A stretch of DNA of 64,000 bases from Alloascoidea hylecoeti (taxonomy: Eukaryota): positions 248,001 to 312,000 of the forward strand of contig BCKZ01000006.1 of NCBI GenBank assembly GCA_001600815.1, in the 5' to 3' direction. This document shows positions 11,969 through 22,116 of the stretch, piece by piece. The translations under genes and the position numbers were made by a program. Numbering within the stretch: position 1 is the first letter of the stretch; each line of letters opens with the position of its first letter. The notes under the pieces are model-generated. The model had not been told where the DNA came from and searched no databases. It saw only the letters and a program-made list of their open reading frames with translations.

Positions 11969-12763
11969 ATGGCAAAACCCAAAAATCTACTAAGAGCACT
12001 AACAATAGCCAAGCCCAAAAGGTCTCCCAAAGCACTTGCATCAATTGACAAGGAAGCGAAGATACTGAAAGCCATGGCAAGAAGTCGTGTTGAGCCCAAT
12101 ACGTCAATCAGACAGATTGCCATGGACGCCGGGTTGCCCCCTTCAACTCTCAAAGATAGATTGAATGGTGCACAATCCAGATCAGCAGTTAAAGAAGTAT
12201 ACCAAACTTTGACAAATGCTGAAGAGAATCGGCTCACTGATATGCTACTTTACTATGCAAAGATGGATACGGCGGCCGACAAAGAACAGCTGTATTGCTT
12301 AGTGGATGAGTTGGTGGACCGAAGATATTCGGGGCATGATGAACACCCTGTATCCAACACCAAAAAACCAACCAAGAATGCCATTACGGGCCATTATGTG
12401 AGTACTAATTGGGTGAATGGCTTTCGGAAAAGGAATCCAAGGATTTCTTTCCAGAAAATAAAAGGATCAGACGCATATCGGTTTCTTAGTAGTAATAAAG
12501 ATACACCACCACCAAAAGACCACTTGCTTAAGCTTGATGAAGAATTCGAAAGAGGGTTTTCCAATGAAGATGAAGTAAGAGGATTTTATCGAAAACTAGA
12601 CCTTTTGACGATGAAAATGGTTAAAACCCCACAGTATGCGGAGACCCATGCCAGATGTCTAATCCTTATGGAGCAAGCAACAATCAGTTCAATTGCTACC
12701 ATTAAACACCCGGAGCCCTTTGGAAACAATGGCAAGTCAAATCACTCAGAGAAAACTCAGTAG
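11969..12763 (+). CDS. Copy 2: pogo/Fot1 transposase-derived DNA-binding protein (psq-type HTH + Tc5/CENP-B HTH), 264 aa, no DDE domain
   Basis: SIRQIAMDAGLPPSTLKDRLNG...QTLTNAEENRLTDMLLYYAKMD...VSTNWVNGFRKRNPRI fits the bipartite N-terminus of fungal Fot1/pogo transposases. ATG in aaaaATG context at 11969; stops before any catalytic domain. Confidence 0.8.
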   Translation: MAKPKNLLRALTIAKPKRSPKALASIDKEAKILKAMARSRVEPNTSIRQIAMDAGLPPSTLKDRLNGAQSRSAVKEVYQTLTNAEENRLTDMLLYYAKMDTAADKEQLYCLVDELVDRRYSGHDEHPVSNTKKPTKNAITGHYVSTNWVNGFRKRNPRISFQKIKGSDAYRFLSSNKDTPPPKDHLLKLDEEFERGFSNEDEVRGFYRKLDLLTMKMVKTPQYAETHARCLILMEQATISSIATIKHPEPFGNNGKSNHSEKTQ

Positions 12764-13803
12764 TTAATGATACAATGCCTATGTAAGAGATGAATATGTC
12801 CCGTAAAAAACGGGGCAAGAATGAAGAAGAGACTTACTAACTTTGAATTGAAAACAAAGGAACGCGTAGGAATTTTCAGGAGAATATGTTAGGAAAACAT
12901 CTAGTGAATTTAATTTTCTGGTGATGTTGGTGGTTTTATTAAGTTGTTGTGGTCGATTCGGTTGTTGTGGTACTACCATCATATTTGATTTATATCCACA
13001 TTAATCTACGCTGATTCTACATTAATAAACATACGAAAATATTGGCAAATTAAATGAGAAAAAAAATATCCAATTGGTAAAGAAGGGATATAATTCGGGA
13101 TCAAATTAAATCTAATAGTTTTAAGTAGATTGCCCCAGCATATTATACTTCTATGAAACAGACAGATCGAAGATATAGGTTGTGATTGTAAATATGTTTT
13201 GTGTATATCAACATCTGAGATATATATATATTAAATCTATTGAAAGTAAATTTATATTGGTTAATTGTGTAAACTAAAGAAAAGAAATCAAAATCGAAGA
13301 GAAGCAATCAATTTCATAATAATCAATCCTATATCTTGAGTAATCCTCAAAATCTCAGCATTAATGATTCACTATTTAGTTAGAGACCAGATCACGTAGC
13401 ATGATCCTGATCGTGTGATCCCGGATCCGCCCTTCCTATATAACCTCGTTTCACCATATAATCATGAAAATATATCCGATCACCCTATAGCACTAATACA
13501 GATGACTGGAACTCTCTAAGGTCCAGATCTCACTCCGTAGGTTCCGTAGTTATAACATTGAGCCGTGCATGGTGCGTGTATTATCATTGAGATTAGGAAA
13601 CATTGACTAGTTATACTACCTAATATTTTTTTGATTTTTAGGATTGTTAATTAATAAATATGCTCAGAATTTTTTAGACTTTTTCACAACCCCCAATTCA
13701 TCCAGAGATTCCACACAAGCAATTATTTATGAAGTATATAATAGGATCCATGCAGGGACCTGCAGGTACAAATCGAAAATCCAACTGTTTAAAATTAAAA
13801 TAA

Positions 13804-15100
13804 AGTTTTCCGCTTAACATTCGCCATATACTGGAGGAAGTTTTCGTCACCTTAGTATGTGAATATTAGGCATATTGGCAAATATATGTTGGTATTTAGG
13901 GACACGTTATTTATTAATATGGTCTCATTGTTTTTAGTCGCCTATGTGTCATATATTAGATTTGTGTTTGAGTCTGAATTAACCATTATGTGGAATGAAT
14001 AGTTCGCTAGAGTGATATATTATATTCGTCATTCAGTTAGATATACATATATAAGCCTTATGTTGATATATATATTCACCGCATTGTGAGTCATATATTT
14101 ATGTTTATGGTGACATATATTTCGTTACACAGGGCCAATATATTTTGTTGTATAAGCCTATGTCTAACAAGTATTTCGTATTTAGTTTTGAATAATTCTT
14201 CATGTGGAAGGCCTCATTGTTAGGTATTGGGACAATATTCGTCATTCAAAAGTTCAAAAATACGTATATTTCAACATTGATTATAAGGTCTCGTACAGCT
14301 ATAATAGTTTAATATTTAAAATAGACCTCTATTTTGGCGATTATCTACGAATATCCCATAATACTCCTTGATATCCGTTATCACTTCTCTGCAGTTGTAT
14401 TAATTCCTCCTCCTTTTTATCCACTTATTATATATATGACAACCATTGCAGGATGTCCCATAATATAATAATTTCCTGATCACATCCTTCACAAAATAGA
14501 GGAAATCCGATCTAATGGTGCCGCTGTATCTTCAACAACTTTTGGTTGTCCTTAAAATCTTTTTGACACCGCATTCTTTTTATAACACCTTTCTTCATTT
14601 ATTGCAAGCTACTTGTAGCTTTGACAACTTTACATTAAACACGATTGACCCATAACCAGATTTCAAAACATTTTAAGGATTGAATGACCAAATTATATCC
14701 CAGTAAATACGAATTAATATTTTCCTTTTAACTAATAATCTACCTTCCATACGACGAACTATTCAAAACGAAATACCTGCTAGACAAGCAATGAAATATA
14801 TTGAGCCCGTGTAACGACATATATGCCGCGATAACCACGAATGAATGACCCACAATACGGTGAATATATCTAACTTAATGACGAATATAATATATCATTT
14901 AAGCGAACTATCCACTCCACATAATGGTGAATTCAGACTCACTCACATATCGAGTATATGACATATGTGAAACTAAAAATGATGAAACAAAATTACGAAA
15001 TAATGTCACCCCAGCTATCAACATGTATTTTCCACGATGCCAAATAAACGCATGCTAGGATGACTAAATCCTCCTCCAATATGGCGAATTTGGAAAAACT
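13804..15100. repeat. Degenerate long inverted repeat (arms ~13804-14260 and ~14670-15100, ~410-bp spacer); foldback / non-autonomous TIR element-like
   Basis: The reverse complement of the right arm aligns along the left arm. Best block 13970-14045 vs 14940-14865 has 7 mismatches in 76 nt; the rest is more diverged with indels. Confidence 0.85.
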
Positions 15101-15505
15101 AAAAGAAGTTCATCGGCAACACTCAGTAATTTATTTCTGTTCATAAACTTTTTTGAATTAGTTTACATATTACTCTAGGTAGACTAATAATATAATATCG
15201 ATTAAATGCTATAACGTAACAAAAAATATGTAGAGAAAAGTGCTACCAGCTACCATTTTCTCATAATGAAACCAGTAGCGACCATAAAATGATAGAATAT
15301 AATGTTCATAACAACACCATCTTCATCATTATTTATTTTCATATAAGAATGATTTCCGGAGAATTTTTTAAAGTTTAAAGTATTTTATTTTTATTATCAT
15401 TTATGTTTATATTTTTTTTCCCTTTGTCCCCTGGTAAATATGTAATAACTGATTAGTTGATCGATTGACTGATTTTATCTGAATTGTCGCAAATTACATA
15501 GTTAC

Positions 15506-17713
15506 TTAAGCAGCAGCAATAAATGATAAATCTCCTTCCTTATCACCCTTTTCACCAAGCTGTGCAATACATTTTGCCATAGTAGGCGAACTTCTCGATA
15601 TAACATCTGTAAAGTAAAAGTTTTTAATTGGATTCTTTAATGTTCCATTTGTTGGTTTACTCTTGATATTATCTTTAATTAATCCTTGTGCGATACCAAC
15701 CTTGGCAACGTCAACAGATGTTGATTCAGCGACATCAAATCTTACTAAATGTGGAGCAATTTCAGCTATCCTTCCTCTAATTTCATAAACATCTTCATAT
15801 GGTAATTCAACACCAAGATATTCACTCAAAGCCCTTATGATCTTCCAGTCCTCACGAGCTACACCTGGAGGATTTGTAGCAGCTCTAGTAGATTGTGCTC
15901 TACCTTCAGTATTAACATATGTAACAGCTTTTTCAGTGTAAGCAGCACCTGGTAAAATAACATCAGCAAATGAGGCACCAATATCACCATGATGACCTTG
16001 ATATACAACAAAGGCATCCCTTGGGATATCACTATTTGTAATTTCGTCAGCACCCAATAAGTAAATGAATTTTGGTTTCGTATTTGCAACTTCTTTACTT
16101 ATTGGCACAAAGCCAATATCGTAGGCACCAGATCTTGATGCTTCTCTTTGTAATACACTGTAGCCGTTCCATTCAGGTGTGACAAAATTCTCATTTGTTT
16201 CAATAAACTTACCGAGTAAGTTAAAGAAAGATCCGGCATCTTCATGTTCATTGATAGCAGAACCAACAATAATCAAAGGTTTCTTTGCAGAAGCTAATTT
16301 CTTACCATATTCACCCCCGAGAGCAGTCTTTAAAGCATTAAAGCTATCTCCAAAGCTTTCTAATGCAAAAGTAGAGTCAAATGATTCACCAACATGTCCG
16401 ACGGACTCTAATTCAGAATCCATCCAGTGTTTTCTTATTCTAGCATTCAAAACAGCAGCTTCCAAACGTGGATTTGTACCAACAAGTAATATTTGATCAG
16501 CATCTTCAATTCCTTGGATAGTAGAGTTAAATAAATAATTGGATCTGATATCAATACCATGAACAGGTGGGAGAGATCCATTCTTTGCATCAGTGGCTAA
16601 GTTCTCGGAACCGAGGGCATTAGTTAAATCTTTCAAAGCAACCATTGATTCAATTTCAGTCAAAGCACCAGAAATTGCTTTGAATTCATCACCTTTTGGT
16701 GCAATTTTATTGTAAGCAGCTGCAATGGTTGATAGAGCCTCATCCCATGTAGCAGTTTCAAATCGATCACCTTTCCTAACCAATGGTGTAGTCAAACGTT
16801 GTGTTTTCAAACCATCATTAGCGAATCTTGTTTTATCAGAAATCCATTCTTCATTAATTTCGTCATTCAATCTTGGAATAACTCTCATAACTTCAACACC
16901 TCTAGCATCAACTCTAATGGCAGAACCTAAAGCATCATGAACATCAATTGATTCAGTTTTCTTTAATTCCCAAGGACGTGCTTTAAAAGCATAAGGCTTT
17001 GATGTTAAAGCACCAACTGGGCATAAGTCTATAATATTACCAGATAATTCAGAATTAACGTTTCTTTGAACATAAGTACCAATTTGAATATCATTACCAC
17101 GACCAGTTGAACCAAATTCAGGAGCACCAGCAACGTCATTCAAAAATCTAATACAACGAGTACATTGAATACATCTATTCATTGATGTTTTAACTAGAGG
17201 ACCAACGGCTTTATCTTCAGTTGCACGCTTACCAACAATTTCATTAAATCTTCCTCTATCTGAACCATAACGTAAAGATTGGTCTTGTAAATCACATTCA
17301 CCACCTTGATCACAAACAGGACAATCCAAAGGATGATTTGCCAAAATCATTTCGGTAACACCTTCTCTAGCTTTTTTAATTCTTTCTCCATCAGTGTGAA
17401 CAACCATTCCGTTGTTAACGGGGAAAGAGCAGGATGCAATCAATTTAGGAGCTCTCTCAACCTCAACAAGACACATACGACAATTACCAGCAACTGCTAA
17501 TTTCTCATGATAACAATAACGTGGGATAGTGACACCGGCTTTCTCAGCTGCTTGAATAATAGCTGATCCAGCTTCTATTTTGACTTTAACACCATCAACA
17601 GTAACCTCTACCTCAGCTTTTCTTATAGCAGAGGATGTGAATTTTCGAATGTTTGGAGCATTATTTCTAAACAGAACCTGACTGCGCAATAATGCGGATC
17701 TTGCTGCGATCAT
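15506..17713 (-). CDS. NUAM: NADH:ubiquinone oxidoreductase 75-kDa Fe-S subunit (complex I NUAM/NDUFS1)
   Basis: Mitochondrial presequence, then PRYCYHEKLAVAGNCRMCLVE, HPLDCPVCDQGGECDLQ, RCIQCTRCIRF and DLCPVGAL Fe-S motifs. Confidence 0.97.
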   Translation of the reverse strand: MIAARSALLRSQVLFRNNAPNIRKFTSSAIRKAEVEVTVDGVKVKIEAGSAIIQAAEKAGVTIPRYCYHEKLAVAGNCRMCLVEVERAPKLIASCSFPVNNGMVVHTDGERIKKAREGVTEMILANHPLDCPVCDQGGECDLQDQSLRYGSDRGRFNEIVGKRATEDKAVGPLVKTSMNRCIQCTRCIRFLNDVAGAPEFGSTGRGNDIQIGTYVQRNVNSELSGNIIDLCPVGALTSKPYAFKARPWELKKTESIDVHDALGSAIRVDARGVEVMRVIPRLNDEINEEWISDKTRFANDGLKTQRLTTPLVRKGDRFETATWDEALSTIAAAYNKIAPKGDEFKAISGALTEIESMVALKDLTNALGSENLATDAKNGSLPPVHGIDIRSNYLFNSTIQGIEDADQILLVGTNPRLEAAVLNARIRKHWMDSELESVGHVGESFDSTFALESFGDSFNALKTALGGEYGKKLASAKKPLIIVGSAINEHEDAGSFFNLLGKFIETNENFVTPEWNGYSVLQREASRSGAYDIGFVPISKEVANTKPKFIYLLGADEITNSDIPRDAFVVYQGHHGDIGASFADVILPGAAYTEKAVTYVNTEGRAQSTRAATNPPGVAREDWKIIRALSEYLGVELPYEDVYEIRGRIAEIAPHLVRFDVAESTSVDVAKVGIAQGLIKDNIKSKPTNGTLKNPIKNFYFTDVISRSSPTMAKCIAQLGEKGDKEGDLSFIAAA

Positions 17714-17824
17714 TGTGCTAACGACAGGTTGGGAGATGGTAAAAAAGTGGAGGTTTGAATGATGATTTTTTTTGGGAGGTTAAAGCATAAGCATCTTACT
17801 GTGTAGTAAATAAGCAGACCATTG

Positions 17825-17850
17825 ATTGGTTGAAAAATAATAAACACGTG
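17825..17850 (-). promoter_or_regulatory. CCAAT box plus CACGTG E-box upstream of the complex I gene
   Basis: ATTGG at 17825-17829 and CACGTG at 17845-17850; the same pairing occurs upstream of COR1. Confidence 0.4.
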
Positions 17851-17988
17851 ATCTATCAGTTTGTGTGGGACGATTATGTCAGCAAGTCAAACAATAATAC
17901 AATTGGTCAGTTGAATGATTTTTATTTAATCTATAATATACAATTAATATGCTGATCAAACAATCAATATATACCATATATAAACAAA

Positions 17989-20900
17989 TTACATAGATCG
18001 TCTTTTCTTTTCCATGCTCTTAACAATGTCAACTCTTCCACGTTTTAAATTTTTTGGTTGTGGTGTACCTGATTCACTAGGAGATCGTGGTGTACCTGCC
18101 AAATCTTCATTTAGTTGATTTTCTTCATCATCATCGTCTGTGTCCATAGAATCTCCTTTACTACTTCCTAATTTCGAGTATTTTGGTCCTGATTTCCTTT
18201 TCATGGCATCTGGACCTTCAAATTCTCTAGTTATTGCCAATAACAAAGTACTAGCACGACGTGATAATTCAACTGGAGATCTAGAATTGAAAAACCAATC
18301 AAATTTAAATAATGGTGATTTTGTAATTTCAAGTTTAATCTTTTCCCATAATTTTGGTGTTAACAAACCAAATTTATCAACCATTAATAATATAAATCGA
18401 TCTTCTTCTTCTGTATATACTCGTTTTGAATTATTTAATGGATATTGTATAATAAATTCATTCATTGGAACACGATATTGTATAACCTTTTGTCGAAGTA
18501 ATTGTTGTTGATGTAATAAACGACTTGATCTTTTTTCTCCTGCTTCAATCTGTGCAATATATTTTTCCCATCCATCAATTTCTCTAAATCTTTTCCAAAA
18601 TGCTTCGGCATATTTCCTAACATCTTCTATAGTTTTATCATCATATTCTGCAGCAATATTATTATACGAACTTCGTCCATATCTTGCAGCTAAATGAATA
18701 AAATTTGTAAAATCACGTCTTGACCATTCTCCAAAACCTTCAGAAATCATTGATTTCTTTTGTTCATCTTCTTCAGGTGTTAATGGAACAGCATCATCAA
18801 TTAACTTTTGTTGTTCTTTACGTCTCTGTTCCTTTGTCTTAGTGTTTTGATTTTCACTATTCTTATCTTCATCAGTGTTATTTTCATCATTGTTCTCATC
18901 ATTATTGGTATTATCGTCATTATCATTTTCATCTTCAAGTTCATTTATTTCAGCAATTGTAACTTTATAATTAATCGAATGTCTATAATACAATAATTCT
19001 TTATCTAATAATGATTTAAGTCCAGGTGGATAAAATTGATGGTCTTGCATATGAATATTTTTTGGTGGTCTCGGTGTTCTTGTACCTTGATTTGATTTTG
19101 TACTTAACATATCTTTATAATAACTATCAATTGAATAAGTTTGTTCTTTTCTTTCTCTTTTACTTGGATTAATCCATGTGAAAGTTTCAGGTTTATTCTT
19201 TTTAGCAAAATCTTGGCCATTCCATTCATAAGCTGAAGAATCAGAAGTAAATTTTTGCAAATCATCAAGTCCTAATTTTGAAAATTTCGAATTTAATGCA
19301 GCAGTTCTTTCTTCACCTTGTTTTAAAATTGAATCAATATCAATATCATCAGCTGCTTTACTTGAATCCTTTTCAGGATTTTGAGTTTCAAAAACAGCTT
19401 GTGCACCATGTTGAATCATTTTTAATAATTCATCTTTTGAATTATTAGTATTTTTAGTTTGTTGTGTTGATCTACCTTGTTGAATAACTAATTGATCTAA
19501 TCTTAATTTTTGAGCTGCTCTATCTAAAACTTTTTCTTCAATTGCATTTTCAGTAACAAATCTATAAACATAAACTTGCCTTGTTTGACCAATTCTATGA
19601 GCTCTATCCATTGCTTGTAAATCAGCTTGTGGATTCCAATCAGAATCATATAAAATAACAGTATCAGCAGTTGTTAAATTAATACCTAAACCACCAGCTC
19701 TTGTTGTTAATAAAAACACAAATTTTGTTGAATCAGGTTTATTATATTCATCAATTGCAGCAATTCGGTCTTCATGATGAGTAGAACCATCAATTCTACA
19801 ATATTCATATTCTCGTAAATAACAATAATCTTCTAATATATCCAACATTCTACTCATTTGTGAGAAAATTAATATTCTTGAACCATTTACTTTAGCTCTT
19901 TTTAAAAGTTTATCCAATATAATCATTTTACCAGAGTTATAAACCAGATGTTCATCAGTTGTATATGGAGGACCAGGTTCAGCACCTTCAAATAAATAAG
20001 GATGATTACAACATTTTCTCAATTGCATTACAATATTTAATAATCTTGTTTTACCCTCACGTTTACCAACGGCACCATTAACGGCATCAATATCTTTTTC
20101 TAATAATTTTTTATACCATTTAATTTGCATATCAGTCATTTTAATATATAAATTAACTTCTTTTTTAGGTAATAAAGATTTTTCAACATCAGCTTTAACT
20201 CTTCTTAATAAAAATGGACTTAAAACCTTATGTAATTGTTGTACCATATCATCTTGATTATTATCTTCACTTGCTTCAAACCATTGATCAAAAGCAACAG
20301 AATCTCCAAAAACATCAGGTAATAAGAAATTTAATAAAGCCCATAATTCATGTAAATTATTTTGTAATGGAGTACCAGTTATTAATAATCTATTTCTTGA
20401 ATAAAATAATCTTATAATTTGTGATAAAGCACTTTCTTCATTTTTAATTCTATGGGCTTCATCAACAATAATATATTCCCAAGCGAATTTTTTCAATTGA
20501 GCCTTTTCTCTAATCACCATTTCATAAGAAGTTATACAAACATCAAAATCACATGCTAATAAACGATCTTTAATTAATTGTGGGCGGGTTTCTTTATCAC
20601 CTTGTAAAATAAAAGTATTAACTTCTGGTGTCCATCTTTCAAATTCTCTTCTCCAATTGTCAACGGTTGATTTGGGTACAATAACAATAAAAGGACCATC
20701 AATGTTTCTCATATAACGTAAGTAACCAAGAAAAGAAATTGTTTGAAGTGTTTTACCAAGACCCATTTCATCAGCTAGAATACCTGATAAACTATTTTCA
20801 TGAAGAGAAATTAACCAGTTAAGACCTTGTAATTGATAATCACGTAGTTGACCATTAACATCTATAAAAGGTTAGTAATTTTGGATCGAAATGATGAAAT

Positions 20901-21469
20901 GAAGTAAATCATAAAGGTAGAAGGTTACTTACAACTTGGAGATTCAGTAATGATTGTGGTTTCAAAATTATCATCCTCATCAATAATTAATTCAGCATCT
21001 TCTTCTTTTTCAGTTTTTCTTCTTCTTGAAGATTTGGAATCAGGATTACCGTTAGAACCAGATTTTGAATTTCGAGTCCTTCTTTTTGAATTACCATTTG
21101 ATTGATTATTTGAAGGTGGTTTACCAATATCTTCTAATATTTTGCTTAAAGTTTTATCTTTAACGGCACGTAAATCAATAAAATGACGGAAAAGATCAGT
21201 TAAACCAAGTAAATATTTAAATCTCTTTGCAGAATCTTGAATAAGTCTTTTCTCAATTTTTGGGTCGCGTTCCAAAATATAACGTTTGAGTCTTTCTGAG
21301 TGGGTTTCCTGATGTATTTCAGCCACAGGTGTAGTAGAGGAAGACGAAGACTATATTTCACAACAATATGCGCGAATGGGTTAGATTATGATAATAAGAA
21401 AAATAATAAAGTATAAAAAGGAAGAAAACATACCTCGTTGCGGATTTGTGAACGTCGTTTCGTCGACAT
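17989..21469 (-). CDS. ISW2: ISWI chromatin-remodelling ATPase Isw2; exons 21469-21434, 21350-20933, 20861-17989
   Basis: Spliced product gives [17 protein letters not shown]...[12 protein letters not shown] box, Isw2-type [17 protein letters not shown] and [14 protein letters not shown], and a HAND-SANT-SLIDE region. Introns GTATGT..TAG and GTAAGT..TACTAAC..TAG keep the frame. Confidence 0.93.
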
Positions 21470-22116
21470 TAGCAGTAAGAGTAAGAAGGGGGGGAGATGC
21501 GAAATGGGAAGTGAAGATTTAAAAGTTGCAAAATGTTTTTGCGTATAAAGAGACGTCTATTATTATATTAATATTATATTGGCTGATATGACGTCTGTGG
21601 ATAAGAGTCGTGAAGCTGACCAAGACAGAAAAGAAGGAGGTGAGGAAAAATGCAGTGGAGAGAAGAACTCGATAAGCGGGAAAATAGATTAAGAAAAATA
21701 AGAAGAAGAAAGAAAAGCGACAAGAAGCAATTCCACATTAAAACTCCTTTAAATTTCTGTTCACTTTAAAGATATTCCCGGTGCGCAGTCCTGGAGTTAC
21801 GCGGGCGGTATGTGCGGTACGCCCAGGGCTGGAGATGCAGCCGGTGCGGCGCGTGCATGTGCATAGACGACCCAAAAGTAAAAGAGTTAAGTGTCTTCAA
21901 AAAATACAACTTTTTCTGTCTTTTTCCTGCCTCTTAGAACATGTCCACAATCCAACAAATCAACACAAAACACCATGTTCCGCCACTCATTCTCTTCAGC
22001 TGATCGCCAGCTTTCTTCTGATGCCACTTCCAGCAACCGCTCTCCGCCCACCTTACATTCCGTGCCCACATGTCAGGCTATGTTGATGTCAATTAAATCC
22101 TATACCAATTATGTAG

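Noticed and set aside
14260..14670. Possible transposase remnant in the foldback spacer
   Set aside because: The frames I read are broken by stops and show no convincing motif.
13804..15100. CRISPR-like reading of the ~22-bp periodic units
   Set aside because: Eukaryotic context, no identical direct repeats with unique spacers, no cas genes; the units are degenerate and arranged as inverted arms.
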